The notes: a model not told the origin generated them from the sequence alone. A stretch of DNA of 62,199 nt, filler included, from 7 parts of 7 records of this genome joined end to end with filler, not necessarily neighbours in it, one strand, 5' to 3'. Shown: positions 10,901 through 20,822, counted from the first letter of the whole stretch. Numbers and translations are program-made.

Positions 10901-11033
10901 CAATTATAATGGTATGGATCCAGAGGTTGGATATGGAGTTTCTACTAACGATTATAACTTTTCTTCAGGAGTAGATGTTGGGTATTACCCGCGTCCAAGA
11001 ACTTACATGATGGGACTAAACATTAAATTCTAG
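7905..11033 (+). CDS. susC: SusC/RagA TonB-dependent glycan transporter
   Basis: N-terminal carboxypeptidase-regulatory-like domain, LDEVVVIGYG, ILKDAASAAIYGS..NGVVLVTTK plug, LQWET, and C-terminal YPRPRTYMMGLNIKF. Confidence 0.95.
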   Translation: MEKQTDRFFNKNFLRGAVLLFVFLLQVSYAQSQTTVKGTITSAEDGMPIPGASIMVEGTTKGTTSDFDGNYQIEVPEGGVLQFTYIGFINQKIPVNGQSTIDVALKTDTQQLDEVVVIGYGVQKKELVTGANLQVSGEDLERQSTTNALQALQGQTPGVQITSTSGQPGEGLNVVIRGLGSTGNNSPLYVVDGVLTNDISYLNNADIETISILKDAASAAIYGSQAANGVVLVTTKKGKKGHAQITFDHYYGLQEVQQKMDMANGTEYATLLNEAALNSGSNPIFSNDEISQLGEGTDWMDEMFSTAKTENYTLGVTGGSETSNYSSSLSYTNQEGVVGGPDLSNYERYNFRFNSEHKLYDGRITFGENLSFAYIKNNGIGVGGQYNNALRGAFQASPLIPMYDENGNFYNTAGDSEVWLNGMANPYASMVYGNQNGSETQKLLGNVYMEFKLTDNLKFRTSLGLDYFSSQGHSFSPLYQLSSYDFSNFTTASQSMNEGKSLIWDNLLTYTFNLQDNHNFEAMLGTSSYKYEGVSMYGSNVNLVFDDLEHAWLSNATNTNGAQISLSGGPDNIIKRMSYFGRLNYNFKEKYLLNFTYRADGSSNFADGYRWGFFPSVSAGWIMTREDFLSDSNVLNYFKLRTSWGQVGNQNVGNFQYLAPITYSGSNYIFGGEEGVLTPGAYPNRLANPELQWETSEQLDFGFDARFIESKLSVNFDWYQKTTKDWLISVPTYATSGVESKWINGGDVTNTGVELAISYRDKIGEDFSYNIGVNGAYNQNEVGNIPTEDGIIHGEINQLWDNSPEFYRAENGHALGYFWGYKTDGVFQTEEEIENYRSADGTKIQPTALPGDLRYVDTNGDGEINNSDKTEIGDPNPDLTYGISLSANYKALDFSVQTNGVAGNQLVQAYRNPSNAYGNLPGEYVNRWHGPGSSNEIPRLTLDNKNFTKFSDLYVKDGDFFRISNITLGYDIAKGVNKENFFASQLRVYFSVLNAYTFTNYNGMDPEVGYGVSTNDYNFSSGVDVGYYPRPRTYMMGLNIKF

Positions 11034-11037
11034 AGCA

Positions 11038-12621
11038 ATGAAAAAACTAAGCATATATACAATAACCCTAGCAATGTTAACATTAGGATCTTGTACTAAA
11101 GACTATTTAGACACAGAGCCTTTAACAGAGTTAACGGGACAAAATTTTTATAAAACAACAGACGATGCATATGATGCACTTGTAGGTTGTTATGACGGAA
11201 TGCAAATAGCAGAAGGAGCTGCTGGTTTAGCTTTTCCTTTAGCATCAGAAGTATTGTCGGACGATTGTTTTGGTGGTACTGGAAATTCAGATAGTTATAC
11301 TTATCAGGCCTTAGATGAGTTTGATCCAGCGAGATCTCCATCTGATGTAGATTTTTATAATGATACATGGAAAAAGTATTACTCTGCTATTTTTAGATGT
11401 AATTCTCTTCTTGAAAAAATGGATCAAATAGATTGGGAAGGAGATAATCAATTGAAAGCTCAATACGAGTCTGAGGCTAGATTTATTAGAGCTTATATGT
11501 ATTTTGATTTGATGCGCTTATTTGGTCATGTTCCTTTATTGACTGAACCTTCTACAGAGAACATCCCGCAAGCTGCTCCAGAAGAAGTGTACAAAGTTAT
11601 AGCTGAAGATTTGTCTTTCGCATCAGAAAACTTAGAAGCAGCACCATATACTTCTGTAGAAAGCGGGAGGGTTACAAAATGGGCAGCAAAATCTATGTTA
11701 GCAAGAGTATACCTTTATTATACAGGTTATTATGGAGCTTCAGATTTAGCGGGAGTAGTGTCTCAAGCACAAGCCTTAGCTGGTTTAGAAGATGTTATAA
11801 GTATGAGTGGACATGGATTGGTTGAAGATTTTAACAATTTATGGCCTGCAGCATCTTTAGAAAACTATGCAGGGGAGGATAATGAAGAGATTGTTTTTTC
11901 AGTGAAGTTTACATACACTAGTGATTACGATGGTAATACCGATGGAAATCATTGGATGGTAATGTTTGGAATGAGAGAGTTTGATTATTACCCTTTCGGA
12001 AGAGGTTGGGGAATTACAGTTACTCCAGAGCTTTATAATTCTTATTCAGATGGAGATGCCAGAAGAGAGGCTACAATTATTGCAATTTCCGAAGAAGATA
12101 TTCCTTTTGAAAATCAAGATAAACAAAGAGAGTATACAGGTTATTATAATAAAAAGTATACCCCTATGATTGATGAAGATGGTAATAGTACAGCAGAACA
12201 AAATGGAGCTGTAAACTTTCAAATCGGTCAATTCCAAGATTATTTTGTTATTAGATATTCTGATGTACTTCTTATGGCTGCTGAGTTAGGTAGTGCAAAC
12301 GCACAACAATACTTCAACGAAGTTAGACAACGCTCTCTTGGAGATGCTTTTACGCCATTGACAGCAAATCAAACAAATATTTTAAAAGAAAGAAGGCTAG
12401 AGTTTGCTATGGAAGGGGTTAGATATTGGGATTTGCTTCGACAGGGTGTTGGCACAGCAGCAGCAGAATTGGCAGTTAATACAACTGTTTTAAATGGAGG
12501 TGTTGAAACAACAAAGGTTATTTCAGCAGGAAACGTGCAAGCAAGTCAAGGTTTACAACAAATTCCTAATACTCAGATTACCTTGTCTAACGGAGTTTTG
12601 GAACAAAATGAAGGTTGGTAA
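11038..12621 (+). CDS. susD: SusD/RagB glycan-binding lipoprotein
   Basis: Lipobox LGSC, EARFIRAYMYFDL, GRVTKWAA, IRYSDVLLMAAE and ERRLEFAMEGVRYWDL motifs. Confidence 0.95.
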   Translation: MKKLSIYTITLAMLTLGSCTKDYLDTEPLTELTGQNFYKTTDDAYDALVGCYDGMQIAEGAAGLAFPLASEVLSDDCFGGTGNSDSYTYQALDEFDPARSPSDVDFYNDTWKKYYSAIFRCNSLLEKMDQIDWEGDNQLKAQYESEARFIRAYMYFDLMRLFGHVPLLTEPSTENIPQAAPEEVYKVIAEDLSFASENLEAAPYTSVESGRVTKWAAKSMLARVYLYYTGYYGASDLAGVVSQAQALAGLEDVISMSGHGLVEDFNNLWPAASLENYAGEDNEEIVFSVKFTYTSDYDGNTDGNHWMVMFGMREFDYYPFGRGWGITVTPELYNSYSDGDARREATIIAISEEDIPFENQDKQREYTGYYNKKYTPMIDEDGNSTAEQNGAVNFQIGQFQDYFVIRYSDVLLMAAELGSANAQQYFNEVRQRSLGDAFTPLTANQTNILKERRLEFAMEGVRYWDLLRQGVGTAAAELAVNTTVLNGGVETTKVISAGNVQASQGLQQIPNTQITLSNGVLEQNEGW

Positions 12622-12646
12622 ATCAATTAACTATAAAATTTAACAG

Positions 12647-14062
12647 ATGAAAACTATATATAAAATTAGTCTCTTCTTATGTTTCTTAGGGATGCTATTT
12701 ACATCTTGTGAGGATCATGAGTATGAAATGGGATCTAAATTGGATATTTCCAACATAGATTTTAAAATAGAGCAGGACTACAATACGGATGCAGGAGGAA
12801 ACACTGTAATTCTAACTAGCAATACTCCAGGAATAATTCCTGTGTGGGATTATGGTACTGGAAAATCGAATAGAGCAGTAGATACAATTAATTTTGCATT
12901 TGCTGGAGATTATGAAATTAAATTTTCTGCAATGACAGATGGTGGTGTTGTAGAAGCAGAGCCTGTAACAATTTCTGTCACCGAAGACAACTTTAATTAT
13001 GTACAAGATCCTCTTTGGATTATGCTATCTGGTGGTGTAGGAAATAGTAAGACATGGGTGTTGGATTTAGATGAAAATGGAGTGTCTAAATACTTTGTAG
13101 GTCCTCAATTTTTCTACGGAACCGATAATGGATGGCTTGAAGATGGCGAAGCTTGGGATGGTGGAGACTCTGGATGTTATGGTGAAGACTGTTGGAATTG
13201 GAGTCCAGACTGGCCAGGAAATCAATGGTTAATGGCAGCAGGAGATTATGGTTCTATGACTTTTAGTTTAGACGGTGGACCTTATGTGGATGTGAATCAT
13301 TTAATGATGCCTTCTTTAGGAGAAGAAAATGGGACTTATTATTTAGATGCCAATGCACATACACTTACATTAACCAATGCTGAAATGCTTCATAATACAG
13401 AAAATGATGCTTGTGTTGATAACTGGGCTTCTATCAGAATTTTTTCTTTAACTGAAGATACCATGCAGTTAGGAGTGTTAAGAAAAGACAATTGTGACGG
13501 TGCAGCCATGTTAGTTTTCAATTTCATTTCAAAAGAATATAGCGATAATTGGGTGCCTGAAGAAACAGAACCAGAAATTGATGAAGGTTACAATCCAAGT
13601 TTTGAATCTGGGGAGTTATTAAATATGCTTACTGGAGGAACAGGTTCTGGTAGAGTTTGGACTATAGATGCCGCTGGGAATCCTATAGATTGGATTGCTG
13701 GAGGGATAGGATGGACAGAAGATGCTTCTAGCTCTTATAATTGGGGTTGGAATGATGATTGGACTGCTATAGCAGGTAATTCTTGGATTCGATTTGACCA
13801 ATGGAATGGAGCACAAACGTATACCAGAAATCAAAGTGGTGTTGAAACTTCTGGAACTTTTACTATAGATGAAACTAGCAACGAGATTACTCTAGATGGT
13901 GAAACTTTAATACAAAATACAAGTAGTTCTCTAAATCCTACTACAAATATTATTAAAGTGGTAAAAGCTTATGATGATTATGAAACTAAAGGGATTTGGT
14001 TTGGTACTAGTTATGATGAAAGCAAAGATGAATGGTTGTCATTTCACTACATCATTCCTTAA
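12647..14062 (+). CDS. SusE-positioned surface glycan-binding lipoprotein (PKD-like domain plus two related Trp-rich domains)
   Basis: Lipobox FTSC and PKD-like WDYGTG..FAGDYEIKF. The motif ML(S/T)GG.G..(K/R)xWx(L/I)D occurs twice. Located directly after susD. Confidence 0.75.
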   Translation: MKTIYKISLFLCFLGMLFTSCEDHEYEMGSKLDISNIDFKIEQDYNTDAGGNTVILTSNTPGIIPVWDYGTGKSNRAVDTINFAFAGDYEIKFSAMTDGGVVEAEPVTISVTEDNFNYVQDPLWIMLSGGVGNSKTWVLDLDENGVSKYFVGPQFFYGTDNGWLEDGEAWDGGDSGCYGEDCWNWSPDWPGNQWLMAAGDYGSMTFSLDGGPYVDVNHLMMPSLGEENGTYYLDANAHTLTLTNAEMLHNTENDACVDNWASIRIFSLTEDTMQLGVLRKDNCDGAAMLVFNFISKEYSDNWVPEETEPEIDEGYNPSFESGELLNMLTGGTGSGRVWTIDAAGNPIDWIAGGIGWTEDASSSYNWGWNDDWTAIAGNSWIRFDQWNGAQTYTRNQSGVETSGTFTIDETSNEITLDGETLIQNTSSSLNPTTNIIKVVKAYDDYETKGIWFGTSYDESKDEWLSFHYIIP

Positions 14063-14079
14063 ATAATATAAATTAATAT

Positions 14080-14116
14080 ACATACAGATGGGAAAATTTC
14101 CGTCTGTATGTTTAAT
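14080..14116 (+). terminator. Stem-loop between the SGBP and GH2 genes (terminator or stabilising hairpin)
   Basis: ACATACAGATGGGAA-AA-TTTCCGTCTGTATGT, followed by TTAAT. Confidence 0.6.
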
Positions 14117-14125
14117 GTAAAATAG

Positions 14126-16492
14126 ATGAATTTTACTTCATATTTTAAGTTAGTTTTATTTGTTGCATGCATTGGATTTTTCAGTGCATGCAATTCTTCA
14201 TTGAAAAATGAAAGCATACTACAAAGCAGAAAAATCAATTTTAATGAAGGATGGTCTTTTCATTTAAATGATAGTCTTCAAGACAATGACACCATCTCCA
14301 ATATAACCAAATGGCAGGATGTTAAAGTTCCGCACGATTGGAGTATCGGAATGGAATTCGATGAGAAAAGTCCTACAGGTCACGGAGGCGCTTATCTTGT
14401 AGGTGGCTTAGGATGGTACAAAAAATCTTTTAAAGTTGCAGAAGAAAAAAAAGATAAACGCATTGCTATTGTTTTTGATGGGGTGTATTGCAATAGTGAA
14501 GTTTGGGTGAATAACCATTATTTGGGAAAACGTCCAAATGGATATATTGGTTTTGAATATAATATTACTCCTTATTTAAATTATGGGGATGTTCCAAACG
14601 AAATTTTGGTTAAAGTAAATAACAAAAATCAACCTAATTCTAGATGGTATTCTGGTTCTGGAATTTATAGAAACGTATGGTTAAAAACTACTCATAAGCT
14701 TCATGTAGGGCAATGGGGAACTTATATAACTACTCCAAAGGTCTCAAAAGAAACAGCAGAAGTACGTATAGAAACAACTATTAATAATGAAACCCTTCAG
14801 CAGCAATCGGCAACTCTTGTTAATACAATTTATTATAAAGGGGAAACGATTACAACTTCAGAAAATGAAATAAATGTTGAAAAAGGGTCGCTTAAAAATG
14901 TAGTTCAAAATCTTAAAATAACAAATCCAAAATTATGGTCGGATGTAAATCCTGCGCTTTATAAAGCAGTAACAGAAATTAAAGTTGAAGGAGAAACTAT
15001 AGATACTTACAAAACTACTTTTGGAGTTCGAGCGTTTGAATTCGATTTAAATAAAGGTTTTATTTTAAATGGTAAGCCAGTAAAAATAAAAGGAGTTTGC
15101 CTACATCATGATTTAGGACCTCTTGGAGCAGCAGTAAATACACGTGCTATAGAGCGTCAATTAGAGATTATGAAAGAAATGGGAGTGAACGGTATTCGTA
15201 CGGCTCATAACCCACCAGCACCAGAACTTCTAGCTTTATGCGATGAAATGGGCTTTATAGTAATGGATGAAGCTTTTGATATTTGGGAAAAAAGTAAAAC
15301 TAAATTTGATTACGGAAACGATTGGGAACTTTGGCATAAAAAAGACCTAGAAGATCAGATTTTAAGAGACCGAAATCATGCTAGTATTTTTATGTGGAGT
15401 ATCGGAAATGAAATTCCTGAACAATGGAGTGAACGTGGTGCAGAAATTGGACGGGAACTTTCTAAAATAGTAAAGGATTTAGATACTACCCGTTTGGTAA
15501 CTGCCGCTATGAATCCTCCAATTCATATTCAAAATAAAGAGGTAACTCTTCAGTTTGAAGATGTAGCAGCCCAACCAAATGCTTTGGCTGGATCTGGGGC
15601 ATTAGATATTATTGGGTATAACTATGCGCATCAAACGTATGAAGATCATCAGAAAAATTTTCCAAAAACTCCGTTTATAGCTACCGAAACTACCTCTGGA
15701 TTACAAACTCGTGGATATTACGATTTCCCTTCAGATACTACCAAAATATGGCCAGTTCGATGGGATAAAGTTTTTACAGAAGGAAATGCTGACAATACAG
15801 TTTCTGCCTTTGATCAAGTAAGGACTCCATGGGGGTCTTTGCACGAAACGACTTGGAAGATTATTAAGAAAAACGATTATTTATCTGGTTTTTATATCTG
15901 GACAGGCTTCGATTATTTAGGAGAGCCTACTCCATATGTTTGGCCTTCTAGAAGTTCTTATTTCGGAATTGTAGACTTGGCAGGTTTTCCAAAAGATGTT
16001 TATTATATGTATAAAAGTGAGTGGACCGAGGAGCCTGTGCTTCATTTGTTACCACATTGGAATTGGAAAAAAGGACAGTTAGTAGATGTTTGGGCATATT
16101 ATAATAATGCAGATGAGGTAGAACTGTTCTTAAATGATAAGTCTTTAGGAGTTAAACAAAAAGAAGGAGAAGACTTACATGTTATGTGGCGACTTCCGTT
16201 TGAAGCTGGAACTTTAAAAGCTGTTTCTAGAAAAGATGGAAATGTAGTTTTAGAAAGAGAAATTAAAACAGCTGGAGCAGCAGCACAATTACAATTAACT
16301 GCCGATAGAACTACAATAAATGCTGATGGAAATGATCTTTCGTTTATAACAGTTGATATTCTTGATAAAAACGGAAATTTTGTGCCTACAGCCAATAATT
16401 TAGTAAAGTTTTCTCTTGATGAAGGGAATGGGGAAATTGTGGCAGTAGCTAATGGAGATCCTACAAATCATGAATCATTTAAAGGCAAATAG
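14126..16492 (+). CDS. GH2 glycoside hydrolase (beta-galactosidase-like lipoprotein); homology continues past the TAG to 16615
   Basis: VPHDWSI, SRWYSGSGIYR, GVCLHHDLG, IRTAHNPP, WSIGNE (acid/base), FIATET (nucleophile) and WTGFDYLGEPTP motifs. Confidence 0.92.
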   Translation: MNFTSYFKLVLFVACIGFFSACNSSLKNESILQSRKINFNEGWSFHLNDSLQDNDTISNITKWQDVKVPHDWSIGMEFDEKSPTGHGGAYLVGGLGWYKKSFKVAEEKKDKRIAIVFDGVYCNSEVWVNNHYLGKRPNGYIGFEYNITPYLNYGDVPNEILVKVNNKNQPNSRWYSGSGIYRNVWLKTTHKLHVGQWGTYITTPKVSKETAEVRIETTINNETLQQQSATLVNTIYYKGETITTSENEINVEKGSLKNVVQNLKITNPKLWSDVNPALYKAVTEIKVEGETIDTYKTTFGVRAFEFDLNKGFILNGKPVKIKGVCLHHDLGPLGAAVNTRAIERQLEIMKEMGVNGIRTAHNPPAPELLALCDEMGFIVMDEAFDIWEKSKTKFDYGNDWELWHKKDLEDQILRDRNHASIFMWSIGNEIPEQWSERGAEIGRELSKIVKDLDTTRLVTAAMNPPIHIQNKEVTLQFEDVAAQPNALAGSGALDIIGYNYAHQTYEDHQKNFPKTPFIATETTSGLQTRGYYDFPSDTTKIWPVRWDKVFTEGNADNTVSAFDQVRTPWGSLHETTWKIIKKNDYLSGFYIWTGFDYLGEPTPYVWPSRSSYFGIVDLAGFPKDVYYMYKSEWTEEPVLHLLPHWNWKKGQLVDVWAYYNNADEVELFLNDKSLGVKQKEGEDLHVMWRLPFEAGTLKAVSRKDGNVVLEREIKTAGAAAQLQLTADRTTINADGNDLSFITVDILDKNGNFVPTANNLVKFSLDEGNGEIVAVANGDPTNHESFKGK

Positions 16493-16682
16493 CATAAAGC
16501 TCTAAATGGTAAATGCTTGGTAGTTGTACAAGCTGGGAAAACAAAAGGAAGTATAAAACTTTCGGCAGCTTCGGAAGGGATGGAAACAAAGACTATAACG
16601 CTTCAATTAAAATAAATGGAAGTAGACTTAATTTTTTCATATAAAAAATTAGTGTTGTCCGATAAAAGTTAACGGGATTTAT

Positions 16683-16782
16683 NNNNNNNNNNNNNNNNNN
16701 NNNNNNNNNNNNNNNNNNNNNNNNNNTTAATTAATTAANNNNNNNNNNNNNNNNNNNNNNNNNNNNNNNNNNNNNNNNNNNN
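16683..16782. other. Artificial contig spacer
   Basis: 44 N + TTAATTAATTAA (stops in all six frames) + 44 N. Base composition changes abruptly across it. Confidence 0.97.
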
Positions 16783-17734
16783 TGAAACTGACCCAGCCGG
16801 TCATCTGCGCCAACCGCAAAGACACCGCACCCGTCGCCGCGATATCGCCCGCCGTGACCAGACCCAGCGACCAATACCAAAGCGCACCACCGACCAGAAG
16901 TACCGGCAAAAGCCCCGCGATCGTCATCAGCCAAAACCGGAAAGCGACACTAACACGGCCAAAATCAAGGCTCGTATCAAGAAACTTGTGCATGGCACCC
17001 AGCGCTGCACGGTCTTCGAAATCGGCGTGGGCGAACAGTTTCACCGTCTTGATATTGGTGATCGTATCAACGACCTGCCCCGTGACCATCGCCCGTGCCC
17101 CTGCCCGCGCCTGCGAGAATTTGCGGATACGTGGCATGAAATAACGGATCAAAAAGACATAGCCGACCATCCACAAAACCAGCCCGGCCGCGATCCGCCA
17201 ATCCACCGTTCCCAGCAACATCACAGCACCGACAAACGACGCCGCCGCGAAAACAATGGTGTGGATCATTTCGACCACAACATCGGTCAAGGCACGGCTG
17301 GTTTGCATTTCCTTTTGCGAAATCCGGCCTGCGAAATCATTGTCAAAAAACGTGACCGCCTGACCCAGCGTATACCGATGCAATCGCGACAGCGAGATGT
17401 TGAGTACATTCGGCCCGATAACAATCGACTGCATATAAGATGCCATCCCAAAAAGCGCGGGCCGCAGGAACAAGAAGAACAGTAAACAGCCGATCATCAA
17501 ACCGATCTGATCGCTGAAAACGGCACCTGGTGTCGATGACAGCGCCGCGTCAACAACCCACCCCAGCACAAGCGCGGCCAACACCTCGACCACGCCCGCG
17601 AGCATGGACAAGGCAGCCGCCAAAGCCAGCGCAAAACCGCACCCCTTTAGCGCCCAGACAAAAAACGGCAGCAAACGTTGCGGCGGCTCACCATCTGCGG
17701 GGGCAAAAGGATCAATCAAATTGGCAATCTTCAT
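16783..17734 (-). CDS. ABC exporter permease/ATP-binding protein, 3' end truncated by contig end
   Basis: ABC transmembrane domain with FFDNDFAGRISQK and VVDTITNIKTVKLF. Paralogue of the adjacent gene. Confidence 0.9.
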
Positions 17735-17736
17735 CT

Positions 17737-19572
17737 TTAATCGTCTTCCGTTTTGAGGAACCCGCCGGATTGCCGCCCCCAGAAATCAGCATATAGCCCG
17801 CCATTCGCCAAAAGCATGTCATGCGTGCCCTCTTCTACGATGCGCCCGTCGTCCATCACCAAAATCCGGTCCATCTCGGCGATGGTGGAAAGACGATGCG
17901 CGATGGCGATGACGGTTTTCCCCTCCATCATGCCATAGAGCGTTTCCTGAATGGCGGCTTCGACCTCGCTATCCAGCGCACTTGTCGCCTCGTCCAGCAG
18001 CAGGATCGGGGCGTTTTTGAGGATCACACGAGCAAGCGCTATCCGTTGGCGTTGCCCGCCAGACAGCTTCACACCCCGTTCACCGACCTGCGCATCATAG
18101 CCAGACCGCCCGTCAGCATCCGCCAGATCATTAATGAAATCATGCGCTTGGGCCTGCTTGGCCGCCGCGATCACCTCGGCGTTTGTCGCGTTGGGCCTGC
18201 CGTACAGGATATTTTCGCGAATGGTGCGGTGCAGCAATGCGCTGTCTTGTTGCACCATCCCGATATTCTGCCGCAGACTGTCCTGCCTCACCTTGGTGAT
18301 ATCCTGACCGTCGATCAAAATCTGGCCGGATTCAGGATCATAGAACCGCAAAAGCAGCTTGACCAAGGTCGATTTCCCGGCACCAGACCGCCCGATCAGC
18401 CCGATCTTTTCACCAGGTTTGACGATCAAATTAACGTTGTCCAGCCCACCAGAACCACGGCCATAATGATGGGACAATCCGATCATTTCGACCCGCCCGT
18501 CCGTCAGATCAAGCGGCAGCGCATCTGAATCATCCACCAGCGTAATGGGTTGGGCAATCGTCTCCATCCCTTCGGCCACGACGCCAAGCTGCTGAAAGAA
18601 TGTTGAAAGCGCCCACATGATCCAAGCTGTCATTGAATTCAGCCGCAAGGTGAGCGCCGCGGCGGCCGTTACGGCCCCAACGGTGGCGTGGCCAGCGGAC
18701 CACAAATAGAATGCCCAGCCCACGACGCCAACGATCAAAAGCCCGTTCAACATGACCAAACACACATCCATCACCGTGAAAATGCGCATCTCTTTCTGAA
18801 AAGTGCTGCGCGCGTTTTCGATGGCGGATTTCGCATAATTCACCTCGCGGTCATGATGGGCAAACATCTTGACCGAATGAATATTGGTATAGCTGTCAAC
18901 GACACGGCCTGTGACCTCGGACCGGGCATCGGATGCCGCTTTTGATGCGACGCTGACACGTTTTACCGTCCAACGGGTCAGCACCGCATAAAGCGCAAAC
19001 CAGATCACCAGCGGAATAAGCAACTGCCAATCCGATGTGGTCAGCAAAATCGCGGCACCGATCAGATAGGCCAGCGAATACGAAATTGCGTCAAAAACCT
19101 GAAATATCACCTCGCCCGCGGCGGGGGGCGTTTGCATGATTCGGTTGGCAATCCGCCCGGCAAAGTCATCCTCGAACCAGCCGACGGATTGCCGCAAGAC
19201 CTGCCGATGCGACCGCCAGCGGAACAACGCCCCGTAATTGGGCAAAATCGCGTTGTTCAACAATAACACGTCTATGCCCTGCATCACGGGCCGCAATAGC
19301 ACAATAAACAGGGCGACCAGAATGAATTCGGTCCCATAGGTTTGCCAAACTTCAGCGGGCGATCCATCCAGAAGATCCACCAGACGGCCCATGTAATAGA
19401 TCAGCCCAATCTCGATCCCGGCGACAATGATCGACATGATCCCTGCCAGCACAAACAGCTTTTTGAACGGCTTGCTATAATCCACAAAGAACGCCCACAG
19501 CCCGGTCGGGGGCGTGTCCTGTTCGGGATATTCGACATAAGGGTCGACCAGGTTTTCAAAAAAACGAAACAT
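17737..19572 (-). CDS. ABC exporter, fused transmembrane and nucleotide-binding domains
   Basis: GRSGAGKST, LSGGQRQR and LLLDEATSALD motifs. Start placed at MFRFFENLVDP. Confidence 0.93.
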   Translation of the reverse strand: MFRFFENLVDPYVEYPEQDTPPTGLWAFFVDYSKPFKKLFVLAGIMSIIVAGIEIGLIYYMGRLVDLLDGSPAEVWQTYGTEFILVALFIVLLRPVMQGIDVLLLNNAILPNYGALFRWRSHRQVLRQSVGWFEDDFAGRIANRIMQTPPAAGEVIFQVFDAISYSLAYLIGAAILLTTSDWQLLIPLVIWFALYAVLTRWTVKRVSVASKAASDARSEVTGRVVDSYTNIHSVKMFAHHDREVNYAKSAIENARSTFQKEMRIFTVMDVCLVMLNGLLIVGVVGWAFYLWSAGHATVGAVTAAAALTLRLNSMTAWIMWALSTFFQQLGVVAEGMETIAQPITLVDDSDALPLDLTDGRVEMIGLSHHYGRGSGGLDNVNLIVKPGEKIGLIGRSGAGKSTLVKLLLRFYDPESGQILIDGQDITKVRQDSLRQNIGMVQQDSALLHRTIRENILYGRPNATNAEVIAAAKQAQAHDFINDLADADGRSGYDAQVGERGVKLSGGQRQRIALARVILKNAPILLLDEATSALDSEVEAAIQETLYGMMEGKTVIAIAHRLSTIAEMDRILVMDDGRIVEEGTHDMLLANGGLYADFWGRQSGGFLKTEDD

Positions 19573-19637
19573 AATATGTATTCCAAATCTATAGGTCGAG
19601 ATATTCAGACCCGGCGGCACAAGTCCACCTTTTGCGG

Positions 19638-20822
19638 TCAGCTATCCGGCGTATCCAATAACGTCGCGCGATCAGCGGCAAAGCCGGACGCAATCCAAAC
19701 CGCCTCTAGCTGTTTGATACGTTTGCCCAGCGCGGGGCCGGAATAGTCCGGCATCAGGTCGGCTGACTTGATCGGAAAAACGGCTTCACTCGCGTTATAA
19801 ATCGTCTCTAACCCATGCAAATCCGGCGGAGTTTCAGCGATGCAGGCGCGCAACAACCACGCACCTTGCGCGATTTTTTCACCATAGCGATAGGCCAGCT
19901 CGGCTAGGGGTCTTCCCTCAAACGCGGCGTCTTTCAAACGGTCCAGATCACGGGCATCGGCCTTGCTAAGCCTCAGACGGTCGGCCAGGCCCTCACCCCC
20001 AAGCGCCGCCAGCCGCCACAACCACGCGACCGACACCCCCGCAAGGGTTTCGAAATGCACCAGCATAGCGATCCAGCGGTCATCTGACCCGGGCAACACC
20101 GCGCCCAAAACCCCCGTCTGGCGCATCGCGGCCAAGGCGGGGGCAGGATCCGGGGCGCGCAAAATCTTTTGCATCTCCGCACCAACACGCTCCGCCGAAA
20201 GTGTTGCTAGTCCATCGGTATTCGATGCGATTGCGGATAATGCGTCGGCATCAAACCCTTCGGCAGGGTCCGAATACCACGCGCAAAACCTGAAAAATCG
20301 CAACATCCGCAGATAGTCTTCGCGAATGCGGGCATCGGCATCTTCGATAAACCGCACGCGACGGGCACGCAGGTCGGCCATCCCTTCAAGCGGGTCAATA
20401 ACGCGCCCCTCGGCATCGGCATAAAGCGCGTTCATCGTGAAATCACGACGGCAGGCATCATCACCGATATTGTCCGAAAATACGACGACCGCGTGGCGAC
20501 CATCGGTTTCAACATCCCGGCGAAACGTCGTTACCTCGAACCCTTTGCCGCCGCTGACGACCGTCACCGTTCCATGTTCAACCCCCGTTGGGACGGCTTT
20601 CAGTCCGGCACCGCGCGCCAATGCCATCACCCGTTCGGGCAATGCATCTGTCGACATATCCACGTCACTGTCCGGCAGGCCCAACAACGCGTTGCGCACG
20701 CACCCCCCGACAAAGTAAATACGGTGGCCGCCCGCCTCGATCGCTTGGCAGACCGCTTGCGCATCCGCATCGGCAAGCCAGCTGGTATCGCCGGGAAGGG
20801 TTATGTCATACGTTCGCACCAT
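19638..20822 (-). CDS. cca: CCA tRNA nucleotidyltransferase
   Basis: FVGGCVRNALL, DVD, EVTTFRRD, RRDFTMNAL and EDYLRMLRFFRF motifs. Confidence 0.9.
   Translation of the reverse strand: MVRTYDITLPGDTSWLADADAQAVCQAIEAGGHRIYFVGGCVRNALLGLPDSDVDMSTDALPERVMALARGAGLKAVPTGVEHGTVTVVSGGKGFEVTTFRRDVETDGRHAVVVFSDNIGDDACRRDFTMNALYADAEGRVIDPLEGMADLRARRVRFIEDADARIREDYLRMLRFFRFCAWYSDPAEGFDADALSAIASNTDGLATLSAERVGAEMQKILRAPDPAPALAAMRQTGVLGAVLPGSDDRWIAMLVHFETLAGVSVAWLWRLAALGGEGLADRLRLSKADARDLDRLKDAAFEGRPLAELAYRYGEKIAQGAWLLRACIAETPPDLHGLETIYNASEAVFPIKSADLMPDYSGPALGKRIKQLEAVWIASGFAADRATLLDTPDS

Noticed and set aside
16490-16492. Genome-wide TAG recoding or pyrrolysine
   Set aside because: xylB (6503-6505) and susC (11031-11033) end at TAG at their expected C-termini, and no pyl genes are visible.
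16727-16738. Recurrent TTAATTAATTAA as a biological repeat or insertion site
   Set aside because: Always centred in 44+44 N; it is a six-frame-stop assembly linker.
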